Assembly (NCBI RefSeq): GCF_001457595.1
Contig: NZ_LN831039.1
Span: forward strand, 810,001 to 842,000
Direction of reading: 5' to 3'
DNA: 32,000 bases
From: Mycolicibacterium smegmatis
GTDB lineage: Bacteria > Actinomycetota > Actinomycetes > Mycobacteriales > Mycobacteriaceae
Made by a program: the position numbers and the translations under genes. The notes under the pieces are model-generated. The model was not told the origin of the DNA, did not search any database, and was given only the letters and a program-made list of their open reading frames with translations. This document shows positions 1-8,666 of this stretch, in pieces (within the stretch, counting starts at the first letter, position 1; each line of letters opens with the position of its first letter).

Positions 1-10
1 CCTTACCGAA

Positions 11-49
11 AGAAGCGGCCCCCTCCTGAATCAGGAGGGGGCCGCTTCT
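11..49. terminator. Perfect 19-bp inverted repeat, probable transcription terminator downstream of the etfD-like gene
   Basis: AGAAGCGGCCCCCTCCTGA (11-29), A, TCAGGAGGGGGCCGCTTCT (31-49). It lies just past the minus-strand stop at 71. No clear U-tract. Confidence 0.75.
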
Positions 50-70
50 CAACTACTCGACCACCGGCGG

Positions 71-3000
71 TCAGCGCTTACCGGGCCGCTTGGCGCCCGG
101 CTTGATGCCGAGGCCCACCACGGGTGGTTCCGGCTTCGCGGGCTCAGCCGGCTTCTCGGCGGGCTTCTCGGGCTCCGCGGCCTGCTCGGCCGGCTTTTCG
201 GCGGCGGGCGCCGGCGCAGCGGCAGGCTTGGCGGCCGCCTTCTTGGCACCCGGACGGCGAGCGCCCGCGGCGATGCCGAGGCCCACGACGGGCGGTTCGG
301 GCTTGGCCGGCTCGGCCGGAGCCGCGGTTTCTGCCGGCGCCGGTGCCTCGGTCTCTGCGGCTGCGGGCTTTTCGGCCGGTGCGGCTGCGGTCTTCTTGGC
401 GCCGGGACGCTTGGCGCCTGCCGCGAGACCCAGCCCCTTCACGGGCGCCGCCGGGGCTGCCGGGGTCGCCGACGCTTCCGGAGCCTCTGTGGCTGCGGGC
501 TTTTCGGCCGGAGCAGCTGCCGCGGTCTTCTTGGCGCCGGGTCGCTTGGCGCCACCCGCGAGACCGAGCCCCTTGACCGGCGGAGCGTCCGAAGCCGGAG
601 CAGCGGGTGCCTCGGCGGCCGGTGCGGCGGCCTTCTTCGCGCCGGGACGCTTGGCCCCGCCGGCCAGGCCCAGACCCTTGGCCGGGGCGGGCGCGGCGGC
701 CGGTGCCGCAGACGCTTCCGCGGCAGGTGCGGCTTTCTTGGCGCCCGGACGCTTCGCGGCACCCGCCATGCCCAGGCCGGTGACCGGCTTGGCCTCGGCC
801 CCACCGGCTGCCGGGGCGGCCGGGGCCTCTGCTTCGGGTGCGGCTTCCTCGACCGGGGGAGCGGCCGCTTCCGCCTTCGCTTCGGCCTCTGCCCGGGCAG
901 CGGCGCGCTTCTCCGATTCCTTTGCCGCCGTGCCCTTTTCGGGCAGCGTGACCTTGCTGGTGTCCAGCGAGTTCAGCAGCAGCTGGGCGACGTCGAGCAC
1001 CTCGGCCTTCTCGACGTTGCGGCTGGCCGCCACGTCGTCGACACCGTCGGTGATCATCACGCGGCAGAACGGGCAGCCGGTCGCGATGGTCGAGGCCGTG
1101 TCCATGGCCTCTTCGGTGCGTTCGACGTTGACGCGCTTGCCGATGTGCTCTTCCATCCACATACGCGCACCGCCGGCGCCACAGCACAGGCCGCGGTCAG
1201 CGTGGCGCGGCATTTCCTTCAGCGTCACACCGGAGGCCTCGACCAGCTCACGCGGGGCCTCGTAAACCTTGTTGTGGCGGCCCAGGAAGCACGGGTCGTG
1301 GTAGGTGACGGGCTGGCCGTTCTGCTCGCTGACCGACTTGACCGGAACCAGCTTCTTGTCGCGGACCAGCCGGTTGAGCAGCTGCGTGTGGTGCACGACG
1401 CTGTAGTTGGCACCCAGCTGCGGGTACTCACGGCCGATCGTGTTGAAGCAGTGCGGGCACGTCACCACGATCTTGCGGTCGACCGTCTCGACGCCTTCGA
1501 ACAGTTCGTTGATGGTCTCGACGTTCTGCGCGGCCAGCTGCTGGAACAGGAACTCGTTGCCCGAGCGGCGCGCCGAGTCGCCCGTGCAGGTCTCGCCGGT
1601 GCCCAGCACCAGGAACTTCACGCCCGCGGTGGCGAGCAGTTCGGCGACGGCCTTTGTGGTCTTCTTGGCGCGGTCCTCGTAGGCGCCGGCGCAGCCGACC
1701 CAGAAGAGGTACTCGAACCCGTCGAACGAGTCGACGTCCTCGCCGTAGACCGGCACGTCGAAGTCGACCTCGTCGATCCAGTTGGTGCGGTCCTTGGCGT
1801 TCTGGCCCCAGGGGTTGCCCTTGGTCTCCAGGTTCTTGAACAGCACGCCCAGCTCACCGGGGAACTCCGACTCGACCATGACCTGGTACCGGCGCATGTC
1901 GACGATGTGGTCGATGTGCTCGATGTCCACGGGGCACTGCTCGACGCACGCACCGCAGTTGGTGCAGGACCACAGCACGTCGGGATCGATCACGCCGCCC
2001 TGTTCCTCGGTGCCGACCAGCGGGCGCAGGGCCTGCTCGGGGCCGCTGCCGAGGATCCGCTCGAAGCCGGACTCGGGGACGTGGTCGTGCGCGTGCTTCT
2101 GCTCGTGCTTCTCGCCGCGGGCCTTCTCACCCAGGCCGCCCTCGGGCGTGCTCTCCAGCGGCGACGGCTTCTCGCCCAGGATGTAGGGAGCCTTGGCGAA
2201 CATGTGGTCGCGCAGGTTCATGATCACGAGCTTGGGCGACAGCGGTTTGCCGGTGTTCCACGCCGGGCACTGCGACTGGCAGCGGCCACACTCGGTACAG
2301 GTCGTGAAGTCCAGGTAACCCTTCCAGGTGAAGTCCTCGATCTTGCCTTTACCGAACACCGCGTCCTCGGCGGGATCCTCGAAGTCGATGTACTCGCCGT
2401 TGGACTCCATCGGCAGCAGCGGGCCGAGGCCGTTGGGCAGGCGCTTGAACGTGACGTTGATGGGCGCAAGGCCGATGTGCAGGTGCTTGGAGTGCAGCAC
2501 GATCAGCAGGAACACCAGCATGACGCCGATGTGGCCCATCAGGGCGACGGTCTCGATCCACATGTTGGCGGTCGCGCCGAGCGGGCGCAGGATCCACGCC
2601 ATGAAGTCGGAGAAGAAGGCGCCGCTCTGGTACGGGAAACGCTCGCCGAGGGTGTTGACCGCGGCACCGCGGAACAGCGCGTAGGTCGCGATGACCAGGA
2701 AGATCATGAACAGGATCTCCCACGCGCCGCCGGTGTGCGAACCGTAGAAGCGCGAGTCGCGCCCGATCTTCTTGGGCTCACGGACGACGCGGATGATCGC
2801 GAAGACGATGATGCCCAGCAGCACGGCGACGGCGAAGAAGTCCTGCAGAAAGCCCAGGACCGGCCAGCGGCCGATGAACGGGATGTGGAACTCGGGATCG
2901 AACAGCACGCCGTAGGCCTCGAGGTACACCGAGGCGAGGACGAAGAAGCCCCACATCGTGAAGAAGTGCGCGATGCCCGGAACCGACCAGCGCAGCAGGC

Positions 3001-3199
3001 GCGTTTGCCCGAAGACCTCGGTGATCTGCGTGGTGATGCGCTTTTGCAGATCGTTCTTGCGGCCGTTCTCGTCGAGCGTCTTCTGGCCCGAGCGAATCAG
3101 CTTCGTCAGCCAGAGCACTCGCTTGGCGGCGAACACCAAGACGATGGCCGTCATGAGCAGCCCGATGATGAGCCTGCTCACTTCGAGGGTGTGTGCCAC
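71..3199 (-). CDS. etfD: Membrane-anchored Fe-S oxidoreductase, electron transfer flavoprotein dehydrogenase EtfD / Rv0338c-like, with a long Ala/Pro/Lys-rich C-terminal repeat tail
   Basis: 1042 aa. Multiple N-terminal TM helices, two ferredoxin-type motifs (CTECGRCQSQCPAW, CTNCGACVEQCPV), and CCG-type motifs (DPCFLGRHN, GLCCGAGGARM). GTG start at 3199. Confidence 0.9.
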   Translation of the reverse strand: MAHTLEVSRLIIGLLMTAIVLVFAAKRVLWLTKLIRSGQKTLDENGRKNDLQKRITTQITEVFGQTRLLRWSVPGIAHFFTMWGFFVLASVYLEAYGVLFDPEFHIPFIGRWPVLGFLQDFFAVAVLLGIIVFAIIRVVREPKKIGRDSRFYGSHTGGAWEILFMIFLVIATYALFRGAAVNTLGERFPYQSGAFFSDFMAWILRPLGATANMWIETVALMGHIGVMLVFLLIVLHSKHLHIGLAPINVTFKRLPNGLGPLLPMESNGEYIDFEDPAEDAVFGKGKIEDFTWKGYLDFTTCTECGRCQSQCPAWNTGKPLSPKLVIMNLRDHMFAKAPYILGEKPSPLESTPEGGLGEKARGEKHEQKHAHDHVPESGFERILGSGPEQALRPLVGTEEQGGVIDPDVLWSCTNCGACVEQCPVDIEHIDHIVDMRRYQVMVESEFPGELGVLFKNLETKGNPWGQNAKDRTNWIDEVDFDVPVYGEDVDSFDGFEYLFWVGCAGAYEDRAKKTTKAVAELLATAGVKFLVLGTGETCTGDSARRSGNEFLFQQLAAQNVETINELFEGVETVDRKIVVTCPHCFNTIGREYPQLGANYSVVHHTQLLNRLVRDKKLVPVKSVSEQNGQPVTYHDPCFLGRHNKVYEAPRELVEASGVTLKEMPRHADRGLCCGAGGARMWMEEHIGKRVNVERTEEAMDTASTIATGCPFCRVMITDGVDDVAASRNVEKAEVLDVAQLLLNSLDTSKVTLPEKGTAAKESEKRAAARAEAEAKAEAAAPPVEEAAPEAEAPAAPAAGGAEAKPVTGLGMAGAAKRPGAKKAAPAAEASAAPAAAPAPAKGLGLAGGAKRPGAKKAAAPAAEAPAAPASDAPPVKGLGLAGGAKRPGAKKTAAAAPAEKPAATEAPEASATPAAPAAPVKGLGLAAGAKRPGAKKTAAAPAEKPAAAETEAPAPAETAAPAEPAKPEPPVVGLGIAAGARRPGAKKAAAKPAAAPAPAAEKPAEQAAEPEKPAEKPAEPAKPEPPVVGLGIKPGAKRPGKR

Positions 3200-3220
3200 T
3201 GCGCGCCTCCCGATATGTTC

Positions 3221-3261
3221 GTTACCCGTCGGTAACTTAAGCCATGTTACCCGTGGGTAAC
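3221..3261. promoter_or_regulatory. Tandem palindromic operator-like sites upstream of the etfD-like gene
   Basis: GTTACCCGTCGGTAAC (3221-3236) and GTTACCCGTGGGTAAC (3246-3261). Both are perfect 6+6 bp dyads with 4-bp spacers, offset by 25 bp. Confidence 0.8.
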
Positions 3262-3451
3262 TTGGGCTAGATGCCTGCTCATAGTTGCACCCCGTGCCGA
3301 ATTCCCGCTACGAAGGCTCGCCTAACTCGAATCGGAGAAGTGCCACCGGGCCCGAGCGCATCGCGGTGGCGCTGTCGTGACGATTCGGCGCCGAATTGAC
3401 ACCCGTTCCTTTTCACACGCAATTTGCGCGATGTCGTCGGACGCCTGAAAC

Positions 3452-3476
3452 AGCGACGAATGTGATTTTCGTCGCT
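3452..3476. terminator. 9-bp perfect stem-loop downstream of the LuxR-type regulator
   Basis: AGCGACGAA - TGTGATT - TTCGTCGCT, 22 nt beyond the minus-strand stop at 3498. Confidence 0.5.
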
Positions 3477-3497
3477 CTGCGGAAACGCGGCGAAAAG

Positions 3498-6008
3498 TCA
3501 GCCTTGCGGGGAGAACATGGCCCGGAGCATCGACAGCATCTCGGACCGCGATTCCGCGCCCAACCGGCGGCGGATGCGGGCCACGTGGTGCTCCACGGTC
3601 TTTGCCGAGATGAACAGCTGGTTGCCGATGTCGCGGTACGGCATGCCGAGCAGCAACAACTCGGCCACCTCCCGCTCGCGGTCGGACAGGCGCGCGGACC
3701 CGGCCGGGGCACCGGCCTGCGTCGCCACCGGCGCCCGCGGCGTCTCCGGCGCCGACACGTCGTCGGCGGCCCCGGACTGTTTGAGATCGCGCGCCAACTG
3801 CAGCATCGCCTGCGACACCCGCGCATCTGAGGTCTGCAACGCGGCCTGACTCGCCAGGCGCGTGGCATCCCAGGTCAGCCCGAACTGCGCCAACCCGCGT
3901 GCGGCCGCCGCCACCTCGTCGACATCGACGTGATTGGCCAGCACCCGCAGCCAGGTCCGGCCCGCCCCGGCCAGCGCGCGGGCGAACGGGCTGTGGCCGG
4001 CCGCAGCGGTGAGCGCCTGTCCGTGCGGCGCCACCGCGCCCGGCGAGTTGGCGAGGATCCCCGCGTGCACGCCGGCCCAGTGCAACGGCATCGACCACAA
4101 CACGGGCTTGCCCAGCGCATCGAGCAGCCCGAACGCCTCGGCCAACGGGTGTTCGAGGCGGTCGATCCGGCGCATCCGGGCCGCGGCGACCCACAACTCG
4201 CCGAGCGGGAGCAGTGAATAGAGGTCGATCGAGTACTCGGCGAGCACCTCCATCGCGGCGAACCAGTGCCGCTGGATCGCGCCGCTGTCTCCGCTGCGCC
4301 GGGCGATCGCGGTGCGCAGCGCCGCGGCCCACAGCGCGTCGCGGCGGTGCAACGGCGGGCCCGACTCGACCGCGGACACGTCGGCGCCCGCGGCGGTCAG
4401 CTGACCGTCGAGCATCTTGACCCAGCCGAGCAGCAGCCGGTGGCGCGCAGCCCAGAAGGGTGCGGGCGGCGGTGTCCCGTTCTCGGCGCCGGGCGCCCCG
4501 GTCCGCACCGCGCGCCCGATCACGCTGCGCGCACGGACCGAGTCACCGCCGTGCAGCGCCGCCAGGGCCACCAGCGCCGCCGGGGTGTCAGGGCCGACAC
4601 TGTCGGTGTGCGGGTCGGCGGTGACGGCCTGCCCGAGCCGCGCGACCGTCGTCGTGAACGGTTGGTCCAGTGAGGCCACCAGGCCTTCGGCCAGGCTGCG
4701 GGCCGCGCGTGCGGCCGAGGTCGGCGGGCCGGACAGCTCGGTGTTCAGGGCGGCCCGCGCGGCTTCGGCGTCGCCCGCGGCGAGCAGCGCCACCGTGCCT
4801 GCCGAGCCGACCGCGGCATCCGGGTAGGGGCCGAGCCAGCGGAACAGGTCGGCGGCCTGAGCGGCGCTGCCGTCGTGCATCGCGATGCTCGCGGCGATGC
4901 GCACCGCGGCCGCGCGTTCGGCGGGGTCGTCGGAGCTGAGCAGGTCGTCGGCCATGCGGCCCGCCGTCGCGCAGTCACCCGACAACGCCAGCGCGTCGGC
5001 CAGTCGCGCGTTGAGCGCAGCCGAACCCGCACGTGCCGCGGCGCGGTACAACCGGGCCGCGCGCGCCGGCTGGCCCCGCACCTGAACCGCGTGATCGGTG
5101 AGTGCCGCGGCGAGCCGATCGTCGCGCACGCCGTGCTCGGCCAGCCGCACCGCGAGTTCCGGTGACAGCGTGGCCTTTTCGAGCTGCGAGTGCAGCAGTG
5201 CGATCTCGATGTCGTGGTGGCGTGACGTGCCTGCGATCTGCGCGACGCTGGTGTGCACCAGGCGCAGGAACCTCTTGTCGTAGGCCGGTTCGACCAGTCC
5301 GCCGGCCCTGGCGCGGTCCACGAGCACCGAGGCGTCGGTGCCGCTGACGCGCAGCGCGCCCGCGACGTCGTCGGGTCCGAGATCCAGGCTCAACGACGTG
5401 AGCAACAAGGTGTCGCGGGTCTGTTCGCCGAGATGGCGCACCCGTTCGATCAGGGCGTAGCGGGCGGCCTCCTCGGGTTCGGCGGCCGATGTGGCGACCG
5501 CCCGCACCAGAAACGGCAGGCCCGCGGTGACCGCGAGCACCGCGCGCACCGTGTCCGGCGGCGGCGGAGAACCCAGGGTGGCCGTCAGGAGGCGGCCGAC
5601 CTCGGCCGTCGACATCGGCCCCAGCGCCACGATCGGGTTCTCCCGCTCCAGCGCGGTCGCCAGGGCCCGCAGCACCGGCCGGTGTGCGAGCGGTTCGGCG
5701 GCGACCACCACGGTCGACGACGGATCGGTGGATCGCTCTGTCAGACAGTCGATCTCATCGTCGGCGAGATGATGCGCGTCGTCGATGACGAACACGGCGC
5801 CCTGATCGTCGTCGGGTCGCGGCGGCCGGGTGAGCACGGTGCGGCCCGCCTCGCGCAGCGTCGCCCGCACCGCCGCGAGCACGGTGCTCTTGCCCGTCCC
5901 GATCCCACCGGACACCAGCAGCTTCGCGGGTCGCGACGGTACCCCGGCGAGCATTTCCTGGACAGCCCGCGGCAGGTCGACCGCGTGTTCCGGTGCCGGG
6001 TTGGCCAT
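3498..6008 (-). CDS. iniR: P-loop ATPase / LuxR-family transcriptional regulator (LAL/MalT-like), Rv0339c-like, probable ini-locus regulator
   Basis: 836 aa. N-terminal Walker A GGIGTGKST and Walker B VFVIDDAH. C-terminal LuxR HTH LSDREREVAELLLLGMPYRDIGNQLFISAKTVEHHVARI. Position between the Rv0338c-like and Rv0340-like genes. The iniR name rests on recalled literature. Confidence 0.8.
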   Translation of the reverse strand: MANPAPEHAVDLPRAVQEMLAGVPSRPAKLLVSGGIGTGKSTVLAAVRATLREAGRTVLTRPPRPDDDQGAVFVIDDAHHLADDEIDCLTERSTDPSSTVVVAAEPLAHRPVLRALATALERENPIVALGPMSTAEVGRLLTATLGSPPPPDTVRAVLAVTAGLPFLVRAVATSAAEPEEAARYALIERVRHLGEQTRDTLLLTSLSLDLGPDDVAGALRVSGTDASVLVDRARAGGLVEPAYDKRFLRLVHTSVAQIAGTSRHHDIEIALLHSQLEKATLSPELAVRLAEHGVRDDRLAAALTDHAVQVRGQPARAARLYRAAARAGSAALNARLADALALSGDCATAGRMADDLLSSDDPAERAAAVRIAASIAMHDGSAAQAADLFRWLGPYPDAAVGSAGTVALLAAGDAEAARAALNTELSGPPTSAARAARSLAEGLVASLDQPFTTTVARLGQAVTADPHTDSVGPDTPAALVALAALHGGDSVRARSVIGRAVRTGAPGAENGTPPPAPFWAARHRLLLGWVKMLDGQLTAAGADVSAVESGPPLHRRDALWAAALRTAIARRSGDSGAIQRHWFAAMEVLAEYSIDLYSLLPLGELWVAAARMRRIDRLEHPLAEAFGLLDALGKPVLWSMPLHWAGVHAGILANSPGAVAPHGQALTAAAGHSPFARALAGAGRTWLRVLANHVDVDEVAAAARGLAQFGLTWDATRLASQAALQTSDARVSQAMLQLARDLKQSGAADDVSAPETPRAPVATQAGAPAGSARLSDREREVAELLLLGMPYRDIGNQLFISAKTVEHHVARIRRRLGAESRSEMLSMLRAMFSPQG

Positions 6009-6022
6009 GACGGTCCGCCGCG

Positions 6023-7810
6023 TCAGGCGCCGCCGTCGTCGGGAACGTCAGGATCGTCCGGGACGTCGGGGATCTCGACCGTGGTGGTGGTGATCGGTGC
6101 CTGCGTGGTGGTCGGCGGCGCCGTGGTGGTCGGCGCTGTGGTCGTCGGCTGCGTGGTGGTGGTCCGCGTCGTCGTCGGTGTGGTCGTGGTGGTGGTCGTC
6201 GTGGTCGTGGTGGTCGTCGTCGTGGTGGTGGTCGTCGGACTGGTGGTCGACGTGGGCTCGGTCGTCGTGGTGGTGACCGGAGGCGGCACCACCACGGTCG
6301 TGGTCTGTTGCCCGTCGGGGCCGACCGTCACAGTGGTGACGGGCTCGGGCGGTGGACCTTCCGGTGACGGGCCCATGGAATAGGTGGTGCTGGTCTCGGT
6401 GACCGGCGTCGAGTCGCCGGACGTGCTGGTGAGCGTGACGGCAAGACCGCCCGCGGCCAGGAGCGCGGCCACCGCGGCCGCGCCGAACAGGATCGGCGGC
6501 CGCTTGTACCAGGGCAGCGGCGCGGGCCCGGCGTCGTACATCTCCTCTTCGTGGCTGAACTCCACGGGAGGCCGGGCCGCCGTCGCGCCCGCCTGCGTCT
6601 CGTAGTCGGGGCCGGCGTAGGGCACCGGCTCGCCCGCAGGCGCGTCGTCTTCCGACCAGGCCAACGCGCGGAACGTCGACGATTCCGGGCCGTCGGTTCC
6701 CGCGGCGCCTGCCGCCCCCAGCGCGGCCGTGGGGCCCAACCCGGTCGGCGCATCCGCGGCGGCCACCCCCGGTGCCAGGCCGGTGGGTGCCCCGGCGTCG
6801 ACGGCGCGGTCGGCGAGCAGTGCCGCGCCGGCCGCCGCGACAAGCTGTGGCTGCGGCGAGGTCACCACGGGTGCCCGCAGTCGCTCGGAAAGCCGTTGCG
6901 TCACATAAGGAATCGCCGCACCGCCGCCGACGGTCGCCACGGCCGTCACGCTGGACAGGGCGATGTTGTTGCGCTGCAGGGTGTCTTCGACCGCGTTGAG
7001 GAACCCGTCGAGCGGTGCGGAGATCAACTGTTCCAACTCGGGGCGGGTGACGCGGACCTCCGAGGTGTAGCCGGGCAGGTCGGCCGAGATCGTCGCAACG
7101 GTGTCAGCCGACAACGCCTCCTTGGCATTGCGGCAGTCGCTGCGCAGGTGGGCCAGCGAGCCCACCGCGGCGGTACCCGCCGGATCGGCGTCGTTCGCCG
7201 CGGCGATACCGGTGAGGACATGGTTGAGCAGCGCCTGGTCGATCTGGTCACCCGAGAACTCGGGGTAACGCACCGTCTGGCCGAGCGTCGCGTAATCCGC
7301 GGCGGCGTCGGCGAGTGTCACGCTGGTGCCGCTGCCACCGAAATCGCAGAGCACCACGACACCGTCGGCGGGAAGACCGGGGTCGGCCTTCAGGGCGGCC
7401 AACGCGGCCATCGAATCGGGAACCAGCGCGGCGGGGATGCCGTCGGGTGCGAATGCGGGCTTGTTGCGCAGCGCGCCGCGCAGCGCGCCCAACGCGGCGG
7501 GACCCCAGTAGGCGGGGGTCGCGATCGCGACGGGAGCGCCTCCGCCGACCTCGCGGGCCATCGCGTCGAGCGCCTCGGCGAGCGCCAATTCGCCACGGTG
7601 CTGCGAACCGTCGGCCGCCACGATCGGCACCGGATCGCCGGTACGCTCGACGAAGCCGGTGAGCGCCAGGCCGTCACCGCCGAGTTCGCCGACCTCCGGG
7701 GCGCGGTCGCGGTACAGATTGAGGATCGATCGGCGGACCACCGGTGCGCGGCCCTCACGGGCTGCCACCAGATTGGTTATTCCGATCGACAACCCCAGTG
7801 AGTCGGTCAT
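6023..7810 (-). CDS. Hsp70-like (actin/HSP70 ATPase fold) protein with one C-terminal TM helix and a Thr/Pro-rich extracytoplasmic tail
   Basis: 595 aa. DnaK-like start LGLSIGITNLVAA, phosphate-like loop CDFGGSGTSVTL, adenosine-like loop AVATVGGGAAIPYVTQRL. Then PWYKRPP-ILFGAAAVAALLAAGGLAVTL and a near-pure Thr tract. Paralogue of 14359-16209. Confidence 0.85.
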   Translation of the reverse strand: MTDSLGLSIGITNLVAAREGRAPVVRRSILNLYRDRAPEVGELGGDGLALTGFVERTGDPVPIVAADGSQHRGELALAEALDAMAREVGGGAPVAIATPAYWGPAALGALRGALRNKPAFAPDGIPAALVPDSMAALAALKADPGLPADGVVVLCDFGGSGTSVTLADAAADYATLGQTVRYPEFSGDQIDQALLNHVLTGIAAANDADPAGTAAVGSLAHLRSDCRNAKEALSADTVATISADLPGYTSEVRVTRPELEQLISAPLDGFLNAVEDTLQRNNIALSSVTAVATVGGGAAIPYVTQRLSERLRAPVVTSPQPQLVAAAGAALLADRAVDAGAPTGLAPGVAAADAPTGLGPTAALGAAGAAGTDGPESSTFRALAWSEDDAPAGEPVPYAGPDYETQAGATAARPPVEFSHEEEMYDAGPAPLPWYKRPPILFGAAAVAALLAAGGLAVTLTSTSGDSTPVTETSTTYSMGPSPEGPPPEPVTTVTVGPDGQQTTTVVVPPPVTTTTTEPTSTTSPTTTTTTTTTTTTTTTTTTTPTTTRTTTTQPTTTAPTTTAPPTTTQAPITTTTVEIPDVPDDPDVPDDGGA

Positions 7811-7881
7811 CAGGCGTCACTCCTGTGTTGTCTGGGCCGTCCTCACCTTAGCGGCTCGGACCTGCGCCGCCCGTGATTGAT

Positions 7882-7922
7882 CCCCTAGTGGCGTCGATCC
7901 CCTAACGGCGCGTCCCCTAACG
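7882..7922. promoter_or_regulatory. Three CCCCTA direct repeats upstream of the Rv0340-like gene, in the divergent region with the Hsp70-like gene
   Basis: CCCCTAGTG (7882-7890), CCCCTAACG (7899-7907), CCCCTAACG (7914-7922). Similar repeats occur upstream of iniB. Confidence 0.5.
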
Positions 7923-8028
7923 CGCCGCCGCCGGAGGTGGGTTCGGCACCGATTCCCGCCGCGGGGTTGCTGGATAGCATCGTCAGCGACAGCAGCCACC
8001 AGTGATCGACCAGCGAATGAGAGGTGTC

Positions 8029-8553
8029 ATGGCAAATACACTGCTCGATTTCGTCATGTCGCTGGTGCGTGATCCGGAGGCTGCGGCGCGCTATGCGGCC
8101 GACCCGGCGCAGGCCATCGCCGACGCCGATCTCAACGGCGTGACCAGTGTTGACGTCGACAACCTGATCCCTGTGGTGTCGGAGTCGCTGTCCGTCGGTG
8201 CGGCCACCGGGGGCCTCGACGCCTACGGCGCCGAACCGGCCGACAACGTCTGGGCATCCGGGGCCGCGACCGCGGCGTTCGACGCGTTCGGTGACCATGT
8301 GCCCTTCGAGACCGGAAGCGGTGGCCAGGTCATCCACGCGCCGGCCGATCCCGAACCGGCTGGGGCCGACGCACTGTCCGGGCCGGCCGAGGCGGTATCG
8401 GCGACAACCCCCGAGATCGACCCACCGGTCGTCGAACCCTTGCAGGTCGAAGACCCCGTGTTCGGTACCGACTGGGGGCAGCCCGTCATCCCCGAACACC
8501 CCGATATGGGGGATCATGGGGACGACCTCTCCGGGCTCGACATCTTCGACTGA
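8029..8553 (+). CDS. IniB N-terminal domain-containing protein (Rv0340-like)
   Basis: MANTLLDFVMSLVRDPEAAARYAADPAQAIADADLNGVTSVDVDNLIP aligns with the IniB N-terminus. ATG at 8029 is preceded by AGAGG and is preferred to the GTG at 8002. Confidence 0.85.
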   Translation: MANTLLDFVMSLVRDPEAAARYAADPAQAIADADLNGVTSVDVDNLIPVVSESLSVGAATGGLDAYGAEPADNVWASGAATAAFDAFGDHVPFETGSGGQVIHAPADPEPAGADALSGPAEAVSATTPEIDPPVVEPLQVEDPVFGTDWGQPVIPEHPDMGDHGDDLSGLDIFD

Positions 8554-8577
8554 TCCGCCCGCCCTCAGCATTCACTG

Positions 8578-8620
8578 AAAAGACGCATGACCAGTTAGGT
8601 CATGCGTCTTTTTTGTTTTT
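8578..8620 (+). terminator. Intrinsic (rho-independent-type) terminator between the Rv0340-like gene and iniB
   Basis: Perfect 15-bp inverted repeat AAAAGACGCATGACC (8578-8592) / GGTCATGCGTCTTTT (8598-8612) with a 5-nt loop, followed by TTGTTTTT. Confidence 0.9.
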
Positions 8621-8639
8621 TGTGTTTGCTGATGCGATG

Positions 8640-8666
8640 CCCTAGTGACCCCCTAACCCCCTAATG
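8640..8666. promoter_or_regulatory. CCCTA repeat cluster upstream of iniB
   Basis: CCCTAGTGACCCCCTAACCCCCTAATG contains three closely spaced CCCTA(A/G) elements like those at 7882-7922. Confidence 0.5.

Noticed and set aside
1145-3235. 696-aa plus-strand ORF opposite the etfD-like gene
   Set aside because: The minus-strand protein has clear Fe-S and TM motifs. This frame is a mirror ORF rich in V/L/D/H without domains.
6090-6400. Possible microsatellite or CRISPR-like repeat in the GTN-rich tract
   Set aside because: It encodes the Thr-rich tail in frame. There is no repeat-spacer structure, so it is a coding low-complexity tract rather than CRISPR.
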